From assembly GCA_038245785.1 (NCBI GenBank), contig JBBRSB010000012.1, positions 1 to 64,000 of the forward strand: a stretch of 64,000 nucleotides of DNA, read 5' to 3'. A program made the position numbers and the translations under genes. Under the pieces are notes generated by a model. It ran no database searches, had not been told where the DNA came from, and saw only the letters and a list, made by a program, of their open reading frames with translations. The stretch is from Gloeobacterales cyanobacterium. Lineage in GTDB: Bacteria; Cyanobacteriota; Cyanobacteriia; Gloeobacterales; PMM-0068. This document shows, piece by piece, positions 1 to 8,741 of this stretch; position 1 is the stretch's first letter, and every line of letters starts with the position of its first letter.

Positions 1-3
1 CTT

Positions 4-645
4 TTGTTGCTGACCTTTGGCCAATCTAATTCTTTATCTCAAATGAGTGAAAAACAGACACCGACCTTGGTGCAGCTAGAAGATGGCAAAGCAGTACGGG
101 TCGGAGCCATGGACTACAACGACCGTACACCACAGACGATTCGGCGTTTTGTGGGCGATACGATGACCATGCTGATGAACTGGAGCGGTACCCTTCCTCC
201 CACGAGCCCAGAAGAATCGAGAAATCCAAAACCAGACCCTGGTGTTTCTCTGGGGACGAAGAAAGTAGCGCAAGCTACCTGGCAGGCAGGCTTTGCTCTA
301 AGCGAAAACTTTCGGGGTGAATTTCTACAGCTAGTTGCTGACCTCATGCCTCAGGAAGTGTTCAAAGGGAATGCCCAAGCTGTTTTAGTCGTTAACTATA
401 TGTCTAACCCCACCAAGGTCGAGAATGGTAAATGGAAGATGAGCATGGTCGCCAATCTAATCATCTTTGCCAAAGGTGATAACGCTGGCAAAGCAATTTC
501 CTTCAATAAAGAAATTTTTGTCAAATCCGTAGAAGCTCCTAGAGTTCCTGCTGGAGCCTCTGAACTAGAAAAGGCAATCTATCAAGTCCGCCAGTCAGGT
601 CTAGAGATTTACGCTATTCGTGACCTCATTCGAGAGAACTTATAG
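4..645 (+). CDS. Cyanobacterial T4SS inner-membrane component, VirB8-like (5' part lies outside the window)
   Basis: PTLVQLEDG...FVGDTMTMLMNWSGTLP resembles proteins of cyanobacterial conjugation clusters; lies upstream of virB10-like and virD4. Confidence 0.6.
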   Translation: MLLTFGQSNSLSQMSEKQTPTLVQLEDGKAVRVGAMDYNDRTPQTIRRFVGDTMTMLMNWSGTLPPTSPEESRNPKPDPGVSLGTKKVAQATWQAGFALSENFRGEFLQLVADLMPQEVFKGNAQAVLVVNYMSNPTKVENGKWKMSMVANLIIFAKGDNAGKAISFNKEIFVKSVEAPRVPAGASELEKAIYQVRQSGLEIYAIRDLIRENL

Positions 646-955
646 AGAATTTATTTTTTATCTAGCTGTTTGAGATAAGTCATGGATTTCATCAAAATGT
701 ATATCCTGTTTATCCCAATAAATACCTAAAACAGATTTTAAATCTCATAGATAAAACCCTTAAATGCACGGATGCGATTAATTTATGAACTGATATTCTA
801 GTATTACTTTCAATCATTTATTCTATCTCTATCCATTAGAAATTAATGATTTTAAAGTTAGGTTTTCCTCAAGATTTATAAGATCTTAAGTTTGTAGTTT
901 TAGAGCTACAAATCCACTCATTAGACCGGGAATCAGCAGCTGAGAGGAGTGTTCG

Positions 956-2425
956 ATGGACCAGAAGTATGGTGACCAGACAAGTGGCAAGTCAAAACCT
1001 AATTTGAATCAGATGGCAAAATTAGTCGACCTTGAAACTATCTATGGGACTGAGTCTGCATTAGGTGGAGACCGTTCAGCGGCTCTGTCAGGCTTTGAAA
1101 ACAGTGACACAAGTGCAGAGGATAACTACAGCGCCCCTCCTTCTCTTCAAAAAGATCCTTACCAATCTCGAACTAAACAGCCGTTGTGGTCTAATCCTTT
1201 TGCTAAAGCTGGATTGGTTGGAACAGGAACCATGATTGCCGTGATTGCGACAAGTTCACTGCTGGGTGACATTACCAAAGAAACTGTAGCTCAACCAGTA
1301 CCTGAGAAACAGGAAGTAACTTCCTCCGCAAACATTCCTACTCCTGAAGAGGATAAAGGCAAGTTGTTAGCAGAGTTAGCGCTTGGTAAGCAACAGCAAA
1401 CCATATCTTCAATGAATAAGGCAAATCAGTCGATGTTTCCCAAACCAACATCTGTGGTTACTCGGCCTATGGTCCGCCCCATATCTTTTACCCGACCGAT
1501 TATTAGACAAGTCTATTCCGTTCCAGCCTATACACGGAGCGCTCCAATCCAGACTGCTATTTCCCAGAATATGGACCCGCAACAGCAGTGGCAAGCGCTG
1601 TCGCAAGCAGGCAGCTTTGGTCAAACTTCCAGCGGAGCCAATGGAATTGATAATTCTGGAGGATATAGGAACTTTTCCAATCCCAATCCGCAATTAGCCT
1701 CCCAAGTAACGAATAGCCCAGAGGAAGAGCCCCCGCTTTTGACAGGAAGATTACGGAGGTCCGTGATCACAGGCACTATGGCTCAGGGTTTGCTAGCAAC
1801 ACCTGTGATTTGGGAAGGCGCTAAACGAGGAGGCTATCAAAGCGACGCTGACAATGCTTCGGGTTCTTCTCCTGATGACGAAGACCGTTTCATTATTCAA
1901 CTCACTTCCTCCTTAAAAGCTTCAGATGGCAGTGAAGCATTACTTGTAGGCACCCCACTGGTAGTGAAAGTACGTTCGGTTTCTGGCAGTGGCACGCTCA
2001 AGCTTTCTACAGTTGCCGTGATCATTGAAGGTGAAGAAACCTCCCTCCCCCCAGGAACAATCAGTATTCGGGCATCCGGTGGTGGTCCTCTAACAGCTCG
2101 GAACATGCAGGACCGAGGGGCCGAGATTGCTTCCAGTGATGCCGGTGTTTTTGCCCTGGCAGGGATTAGTAAAGCCGCGTCTCTCTTTACTCGTGCTCAA
2201 TCCACCACGACTACCTCAGGATTTAGTTCTACGACTTCTAGCCAGAATCCTCCCCCAGATATTTTGGCCGGAATTTTAGAAGGGGGAACCAATGCCATTG
2301 TTAGCCAGATCCAAGCCCGCAATGAGAGAGCTATTCAGGAATCCTTGGCAAGACCAGATATTTGGATGCTTGCTGCCGGAACCTCTGTCCAAGTCTTTGT
2401 GAATAAATCGGTACCAAACCTATGA
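956..2425 (+). CDS. virB10: TrbI/VirB10 family T4SS core protein
   Basis: N-proximal TM (AGLVGTGTMIAVIA), Pro/Gln-rich linker, C-terminal beta domain ending LAAGTSVQVFVN; GAGGAG RBS. Confidence 0.75.
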   Translation: MDQKYGDQTSGKSKPNLNQMAKLVDLETIYGTESALGGDRSAALSGFENSDTSAEDNYSAPPSLQKDPYQSRTKQPLWSNPFAKAGLVGTGTMIAVIATSSLLGDITKETVAQPVPEKQEVTSSANIPTPEEDKGKLLAELALGKQQQTISSMNKANQSMFPKPTSVVTRPMVRPISFTRPIIRQVYSVPAYTRSAPIQTAISQNMDPQQQWQALSQAGSFGQTSSGANGIDNSGGYRNFSNPNPQLASQVTNSPEEEPPLLTGRLRRSVITGTMAQGLLATPVIWEGAKRGGYQSDADNASGSSPDDEDRFIIQLTSSLKASDGSEALLVGTPLVVKVRSVSGSGTLKLSTVAVIIEGEETSLPPGTISIRASGGGPLTARNMQDRGAEIASSDAGVFALAGISKAASLFTRAQSTTTTSGFSSTTSSQNPPPDILAGILEGGTNAIVSQIQARNERAIQESLARPDIWMLAAGTSVQVFVNKSVPNL

Positions 2426-4569
2426 AAAAAATCTGCGCACTATTGGCACTCAGCGTTTTTGTGGCACAAGTTGCTCAGGCTAGTCCTGTCCATAGCATCT
2501 TTGCTAGCCAAGCAGAGGGCAAAGGTGGACAACTGGCCAGCGTCGTTTTATGGCCTGGATACGGCACAAACTTGAATCTGATTCCAACGGGAGAAACAGT
2601 CAAGAAGGCCTGGCTAGATGACCCTTCTCGCGTCGCCATTGATTTTGATGGATGCTTAGGACACAGTGCTGGCAACAGCAGCGGAGGTGCGGATGGCTGC
2701 GGTGCTACGGTAATTCACCTAAGGCAAATTACCGGCGTGTCCTTCCCTGGCTTAGTCAGTTCTGCTAATTCCACTACCTTGCTCACTTTAATTGCAGAAG
2801 GTCCCCAAGGAAGAAAACTCTACCAATTCAAGGTTGTAGTGGGGAAAGGGACACCCGAGTACAACACGATGACTATTCAACCGGACTCTCAAGGGACACC
2901 CTATATTGAACTAGGGTTGCGCAAAGCCACCTTAGAAGATGTCCAGAAAGGGCTGACTATTGCTGAGTCCAAGAAATTAATTAGTCGTCGGGATGGGGCC
3001 TGGAGCAAAGTCCAAAACTTTCTAGCTCAAGTCCGAAATGGAGAATCGATCAATACTGCAGCCCAAGTGACTGGGGTCAATATGGCCATCATCACGAAGC
3101 TGGCTGAGTTAGGAACGGCAGAGCAGATGGCTCCCATGGCGTTGCCCTCAATCCCTAAACAACCTGAGATTGCACCACTACCATCTATCAAAACAGAGGC
3201 AGTCAAGCCAGCCATACTCCCAGTAACGGAAAAACCACTTCCTCCAGTAGAACGACCAGTCGTTGAGGCCTCGATATCAATTCCTGTTGTTGCTCCTATC
3301 AAGCCCTTAGCTAAACCCCTTGAGATTATTACTAAGGCTCCAGAAGTGGCTCTTGTCTCGGTAAAAGGGTTGAGCAAACCAATAGTGGCAAGCAATAAAA
3401 CAGATGTTGGCTATTGGCTTTTGGACAAAGGTCTAGCTGATTCTGAAGCGTGGTCTAAAGGCACAGATAGTCTGGATTATCAAGTCTTTTTTGACGTTCT
3501 GCAACGAGGGAAAGAAACAGGAATTTCATTCTCAGAAGCCCTAAAGATGGCTCAACGCCTCAGTCGCGTTAATGATGAAAGACTAGGTTCCCTTACTAGA
3601 ACATTAGCAGGAAGACGGATGGCACAGAAAAAAGAACAGAGTGCACCGCTAGCTTCACCCATTCCAGTAGTTAAAGCTATTGCTGCTATCTCTGCAAATA
3701 CTTCGCTTCCCCAGACACCGCTCCTAACACCAACTATAGAATCCACAGCTAGCTTTAAAGTCAGTACAGATAGACCCAGTGAAATTCTTGCACGTTTCCA
3801 AATTCCGATGAAAGAGGGAGGTGTGATTACCGCAGACAAATTATTAGATGTGCAACAGCGCATTTGGAATTGGAAAAAAGGAGCATATCGCCAGAAGTTA
3901 GGTAAATTTATAGCAACTTTGATTACTTCTCAAGGAATAGACAGAGAGCATTCTCTCCAGACCGCAGTGCAAGAATCTGGACTCTCCCTCAATGATGTAC
4001 AGTATTTAGCTAAAGCTTCTCAGTCGAAGGCCTCAGCTAATCAAAATTTTCCTGCTGAGCCTAAGCAGCTTGCTTCGTCCCCAATACAAGTACCCAGCAC
4101 AAAGACGATTTTGAGTCCTCAGCCAAACTTAGTATCAAAGTTCACTTTACCTACTACTTTAAACACTTCAGAAAAGAAAGTACCTTCAGCAATAAAGCCA
4201 GTTTTTACTACTATAAAAGTCACAACAGGCGCTAATCAAGAATCAATAGCTATAAATTCTGAAAAAACAGTAAAAATAGGATCTTTGGGCAGTACAGCCG
4301 ATACTCTTGTTAAGTTGAGAATCCCTTTGAAAGATGGGGGCTCCATCGGGGCAGAACAACTCTTGACCGTTCAAGAGAGAATCTGGAATTGGAAAGGGGG
4401 CTCAGTCCGCAAACAGTTAGGTAGCTTTATTGCAGCACTAACTGCTTCTGCCGCTCAAGGCGATGAAAAAGCGATCGAAACAGCAGTTAATCAGTCAGGG
4501 TTGTCTCTCAATGAAGTGCAATATCTCCTGAGCAAGACGATCACCCAAACTGTTTCTTCTAAAGAATAG
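2422..4569 (+). CDS. Secreted T4SS-associated protein (VirB9-position) with duplicated C-terminal helical domains
   Basis: Signal peptide MKKICALLALSVFVAQVAQA; LWPGYGTNLNLIPTGETVKKAWLDDPSR motif of cyanobacterial conjugation clusters; ATGA overlap with virB10. Confidence 0.6.
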   Translation: MKKICALLALSVFVAQVAQASPVHSIFASQAEGKGGQLASVVLWPGYGTNLNLIPTGETVKKAWLDDPSRVAIDFDGCLGHSAGNSSGGADGCGATVIHLRQITGVSFPGLVSSANSTTLLTLIAEGPQGRKLYQFKVVVGKGTPEYNTMTIQPDSQGTPYIELGLRKATLEDVQKGLTIAESKKLISRRDGAWSKVQNFLAQVRNGESINTAAQVTGVNMAIITKLAELGTAEQMAPMALPSIPKQPEIAPLPSIKTEAVKPAILPVTEKPLPPVERPVVEASISIPVVAPIKPLAKPLEIITKAPEVALVSVKGLSKPIVASNKTDVGYWLLDKGLADSEAWSKGTDSLDYQVFFDVLQRGKETGISFSEALKMAQRLSRVNDERLGSLTRTLAGRRMAQKKEQSAPLASPIPVVKAIAAISANTSLPQTPLLTPTIESTASFKVSTDRPSEILARFQIPMKEGGVITADKLLDVQQRIWNWKKGAYRQKLGKFIATLITSQGIDREHSLQTAVQESGLSLNDVQYLAKASQSKASANQNFPAEPKQLASSPIQVPSTKTILSPQPNLVSKFTLPTTLNTSEKKVPSAIKPVFTTIKVTTGANQESIAINSEKTVKIGSLGSTADTLVKLRIPLKDGGSIGAEQLLTVQERIWNWKGGSVRKQLGSFIAALTASAAQGDEKAIETAVNQSGLSLNEVQYLLSKTITQTVSSKE

Positions 4570-4604
4570 TTCTCACTTTTTATCAATGAATATAGAGAAA
4601 TAAA

Positions 4605-6245
4605 ATGCCAGAGCTATTTTATCAACTACGAGCAATACTGCTTTCTTCCAATGGATTATTATTAATAACCTGTGCAGTTGGCCTTGGCGCTATTTCTCTC
4701 TATGACAACCGTAAGAGTAAACTGGCTACGAGTCGCTGGAGCAATAGTAAAGAAAAGGGCGTCGCTCGTAGACAAGCCCAATACCAAATGAAGGAACGTC
4801 AGCGTAATGCTGTTGCGCTCTATGTTGGTAAACCAACCATGACTCAGTCGAGTAATCTCTACATTCCGGATGCTCAAAGAGGGGTTGCAGTCTGCGGTGG
4901 ACCTGGCTCTGGTAAAACATTCTCAGTGATTGACCCAGCCATTCGCTCTGCTATTGACCAAGGCTTTCCTACCATTGTTTATGACTTTAAATATCCTACG
5001 CAGACATCACGTATTGCAGGTTATGCAGCCAAGGCCGGCTATGAAGTGCGAGTTTTTGCACCAGGCTTTGAGGAATCTAGTGTCTGTAATCCATTAGACT
5101 TTTTGCGGGATGAAACGGATGCAGAAACTGCCCGTCAAATATCGGTAGTCCTCAATAAAAACTTTAAATTATCTAGCCAAAATACGGAGGATGCTTTCTT
5201 CTCAGTAGCCGGAGACCAACTGATTGAAGCAGTATTGATGCTTGCTAAAAGTACACCCTATAAAGATGTAATGATGTGCCAGTCCATATTAAGTATGGAT
5301 AGCTTAACGCAGCGATTACAGAATACTGAATTGAACTATTGGGTTAGAGCTAGTTTTGGCCAATTGCTTTCTGTTGCAGACTCAGAGAAGACGGTTGCCA
5401 GCATTATTGCTACTGCCAATAATGTCTTTACTCGATTTATGAAGAAGAATATTTTGGGAGCTTTCTGCGGTCAATCTACGCTCCCTATTGACCTAGAAGG
5501 TAAGCAGCTTCTGATCATTGGAATGGATAGGGAGAGACGTGATGTGGTCGGACCTTTATTAGCTACTGTTTTACATATGATTGTCACTCGCAATGTGGTA
5601 AAAAAGCGCAAAGACCCCTTGATTCTAGCCATAGATGAATTGCCGACTTTATACTTACCTTCTTTAAGCCAATGGTTGAATGAAAATCGAGAAGATGGAT
5701 TATGTACCATCTTGGGATTTCAGAATCTAGTTCAGTTAGAGAAGGTCTATGGTAAAGAACTTGCAAGGGCTATTGTTGGGGGCTGTGCGACTAAAGCGAT
5801 CTTCAATCCCCAGGAATATGATTCAGCTAAGTTATTTAGTGACTTCTTAGGGGATGAAGAAATCCATTATCGTCAGAAATCAAGAGGACGTAGTGGTGGT
5901 CAATCTAATGTAAGTACTTCTGATCAGGAAAAAACGAGAAAACTCTTTGAAGCAAGCCAATTTTTGAAACTCCCTTCCGGAAAGTGTATTCTCATCAACC
6001 CTGGCTATAGCAATGAAAATGAATCATCAATGCCCATAGAGCAGAAGGTGAAAATACCGCCAAGAGATTTAAAAGCCTTTAAGAAAAGTGAGCAGGAATG
6101 GGAAAAAGTAAAAGAACAATTAAAACGAAGTAGTGGTCAGAAATCGCCTAGTACAGAGGAATTAAAAAGGAGATATATAGCTAGTAATAGTCTATATCCT
6201 CTGCCAGAAAATAAATTTGAGGAGAATTTTATGAATGCTTTGTAA
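4605..6245 (+). CDS. virD4: Type IV coupling protein VirD4/TraG
   Basis: N-terminal TM, Walker A GGPGSGKT, YDFK, Walker B ILAIDELP, LGFQ motif. Confidence 0.9.
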   Translation: MPELFYQLRAILLSSNGLLLITCAVGLGAISLYDNRKSKLATSRWSNSKEKGVARRQAQYQMKERQRNAVALYVGKPTMTQSSNLYIPDAQRGVAVCGGPGSGKTFSVIDPAIRSAIDQGFPTIVYDFKYPTQTSRIAGYAAKAGYEVRVFAPGFEESSVCNPLDFLRDETDAETARQISVVLNKNFKLSSQNTEDAFFSVAGDQLIEAVLMLAKSTPYKDVMMCQSILSMDSLTQRLQNTELNYWVRASFGQLLSVADSEKTVASIIATANNVFTRFMKKNILGAFCGQSTLPIDLEGKQLLIIGMDRERRDVVGPLLATVLHMIVTRNVVKKRKDPLILAIDELPTLYLPSLSQWLNENREDGLCTILGFQNLVQLEKVYGKELARAIVGGCATKAIFNPQEYDSAKLFSDFLGDEEIHYRQKSRGRSGGQSNVSTSDQEKTRKLFEASQFLKLPSGKCILINPGYSNENESSMPIEQKVKIPPRDLKAFKKSEQEWEKVKEQLKRSSGQKSPSTEELKRRYIASNSLYPLPENKFEENFMNAL

Positions 6246-6310
6246 GAGAAAAATAGCATTGTTGAATAGTGTATTGGGAAGAAAATTATAAATTCAGGAG
6301 AACTACCGTA

Positions 6311-7387
6311 GTGAAATTGAAAAACTTGTTCTTGAGTAGTTTTGTAGGGCTGGGTTTACTCGCTTCCCTAAGTACAATTAGTTTGCAGACAGCTAAAGCT
6401 AGCGACACAATAGAAAAAAAAGCAGAGAAAAGCTTATTTGTCATTAATAAAGATGGCAAATACGGTTACATAGACCAGACAGGTAAGGTTGTTATCCAGC
6501 CACAGTTCACTAGCTCTTCTCCATTCTCTGATGGCTTTGCTCTAGTATCAAAGGGTAGTAAGTACGGATATATAGATTCAACTGGAGAGCTGATAATTCA
6601 ACCTCAATTTGATGATGCGCATCCATTCTCGGAAGGCTTAGCTCCAGTTAAAGTCGGCGATAAATATGGCTACATTGACTATACAGGGAAAGTTACTATT
6701 CAACCTCAATATGACCTGGCTGGTCCTTTTGAGGATGGATTGGCATTTGTTGAAGTCAATAGACGTATTGGTTATATCAATAAAAAGGGTGAAATGGTAA
6801 TTAGCCCTAAATTTGCCACCCTATGGCCTGAAGATGAAGATGATCCTTCCTTTTCTGAAGGATTGGCTCGAGTACAAATCGGTAGACAACGTGGCTATAT
6901 CAATACAACTGGAAAGTTAGCTATTAAGCCAACTTTCCAATCCGCACGTAGATTCTCCAATGGTATGGCAGCTATCAAAGTTGATGGCCTTTGGGGATAT
7001 ATTAATAAATTAGGCAAACTAGTTATTCAGCCAAAGTTTGATTCCGCTAAATTCTTTTCTGAGGGTTTAGCTGCAGTGTCTATCAATGGAAAAGAAGGGT
7101 ACATTGATAAAACAGGAAAATTTGTCATCAAGCCCCAGTATTCTATTGCTGAAGAGTTTTCTAAAGGATTAGCTCAAGTCAACATTGGAGGTGTGCAATA
7201 CCGCGTAGGATGGGAAGGTGGACAGTGGGGATATATAGATAAATTCGGTCGAGAAGTCATCCAAAAGAAATATGACGAGGCTGGTACATTTTATGGAGAT
7301 TTAGCACGAGTAGAAATAGATAATAAGTATGGTTATATCAATCAAAAAGGTAAATATATATGGGGGCCTGTAGAACTTTCTGAATAA
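6311..7387 (+). CDS. Secreted WG-repeat (KWG) protein; candidate immunity protein
   Basis: Many K-[YW]-G-Y-I-D-x-x-G...F-S-E-G-L-A units; Sec signal ending AKA; AGGAG at 6296-6300 supports GTG start at 6311. Confidence 0.85.
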   Translation: MKLKNLFLSSFVGLGLLASLSTISLQTAKASDTIEKKAEKSLFVINKDGKYGYIDQTGKVVIQPQFTSSSPFSDGFALVSKGSKYGYIDSTGELIIQPQFDDAHPFSEGLAPVKVGDKYGYIDYTGKVTIQPQYDLAGPFEDGLAFVEVNRRIGYINKKGEMVISPKFATLWPEDEDDPSFSEGLARVQIGRQRGYINTTGKLAIKPTFQSARRFSNGMAAIKVDGLWGYINKLGKLVIQPKFDSAKFFSEGLAAVSINGKEGYIDKTGKFVIKPQYSIAEEFSKGLAQVNIGGVQYRVGWEGGQWGYIDKFGREVIQKKYDEAGTFYGDLARVEIDNKYGYINQKGKYIWGPVELSE

Positions 7388-7449
7388 TATTTTGATCTAG
7401 ATATTTGATTTCGCGTATCGATACTTATCAACTTTTGGAGAATTAAGGG

Positions 7450-8670
7450 ATGCTAGACTTTACTAACGAGCAGAAACAAACAAGTGCTTTTGCTTTTGCA
7501 TTGCGCTGGGAGGGTGGATATGTGAATCATCCTAAGGATCGTGGAGGAGCGACTAACTTAGGGGTTACACAATTGGTCTATAACAAATATCGCCAGGACC
7601 AGGGCCAACCTGTTCAGACAGTCAGAAACATAACTAAGGAAGAAGCAAAGAGTATATATATTCATGGTTACTGGAATAAAGTTCAAGGAGATCGGTTGCC
7701 GACATTGACAGCCATTTCACTTGCAGACTTTGCTTATAATAGTGGGCCGACTCGTGCCATCCACGAGATGAAACGCTTCTTGCGCGACAATGGATATGAT
7801 ATTCCAATGACTGCTGAAGGTAATGCTGTAAAGCATGAGAGATTGGATTCTGAAACAATGGCAGCAGTAAAGGATTATGTCTCTAAGCATGGTGATGAAA
7901 AGTTAGCACGGGGCATTACTCTAGAACGAAGCCAATTCGTAAAAGCGATCGTTAAGGAAAAACCAAGTCAAGGAACTTTTCTAGATGGTTGGAATAATCG
8001 CATCGATGCTCTAGAAGTGTATATCCATAAATTGAATTCTGAAAAAACACAGCCTACTCAAAAAGTAACGTCAAATTCGACGCATCAATCTCAGACAGAT
8101 AATCTGCCATCACTTTCAGCAGAATCCCAAACTTTTGCTCAGGCGAGTCAGATGATCTTGGATAAGCGGGGACATTTAGAAGGGGATACTCAAGTTTATC
8201 GAGGGTATACCTATACTTTCCAGAAGCAAGCAGATACTCTGATAACCCAAAAGCATGGTCAGGAAATTTTTAAACAGGTTGGTAGCCAGGTTGTCACAGA
8301 CCAGGTAACTCCGGTGGACATGAAAGTTCTGCATGCTGTTACCCAAAATCTAGAAAAAAGTGAGCACTTGGTTAAAGATTTCGCTAAGGACGTTCAGCTA
8401 ATTCTAGATAAGCGGGGGCATGTAGAAAATGGCACCCAAGTATTCCATGGCAATACTTATACTTTTGAGAAAGATGGAGATACTTTGACAGTTCAGAAGA
8501 ACCAGCAAGAGATCTTTAAACAAGTTGGTGACCGCGTTGTTCATACTCAAGTGACCCAGCAAGATTTGGGAATACTGGATAATGTTGCCCAGGCTTTAGA
8601 GCAAAAAGGATCGCATACTCCTGAAGCCAACCAGCCTAAAACTCCAGTTGGTGCAAGCTTGGAGCGTTAA
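7450..8670 (+). CDS. GH108 family lysozyme with PG-binding helix and two tandem C-terminal repeats
   Basis: EGGYVNHPKDRGGATNLGVT GH108 signature, DFAYNSGP, FLDGWNNRI; no signal peptide. Confidence 0.9.
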   Translation: MLDFTNEQKQTSAFAFALRWEGGYVNHPKDRGGATNLGVTQLVYNKYRQDQGQPVQTVRNITKEEAKSIYIHGYWNKVQGDRLPTLTAISLADFAYNSGPTRAIHEMKRFLRDNGYDIPMTAEGNAVKHERLDSETMAAVKDYVSKHGDEKLARGITLERSQFVKAIVKEKPSQGTFLDGWNNRIDALEVYIHKLNSEKTQPTQKVTSNSTHQSQTDNLPSLSAESQTFAQASQMILDKRGHLEGDTQVYRGYTYTFQKQADTLITQKHGQEIFKQVGSQVVTDQVTPVDMKVLHAVTQNLEKSEHLVKDFAKDVQLILDKRGHVENGTQVFHGNTYTFEKDGDTLTVQKNQQEIFKQVGDRVVHTQVTQQDLGILDNVAQALEQKGSHTPEANQPKTPVGASLER

Positions 8671-8679
8671 TGACATTTG

Positions 8680-8710
8680 GAGGGACATTACTTCTGCAGT
8701 GCTGTCCCTC
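8680..8710 (+). terminator. Hairpin after lysozyme gene
   Basis: GAGGGACA...TGTCCCTC inverted repeat, weak U tail. Confidence 0.4.
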
Positions 8711-8741
8711 TATTCCCAAATAATAGGTGTGAGATAAATTG

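Noticed and set aside
897..908. GTTTTAGAGCTA, matching the start of the SpCas9 repeat
   Set aside because: Single 12-mer in AT-rich DNA; no array or cas genes seen
7450..8670. Prophage endolysin interpretation of the GH108 gene
   Set aside because: No holin, structural or other phage genes nearby; embedded in a T4SS cluster
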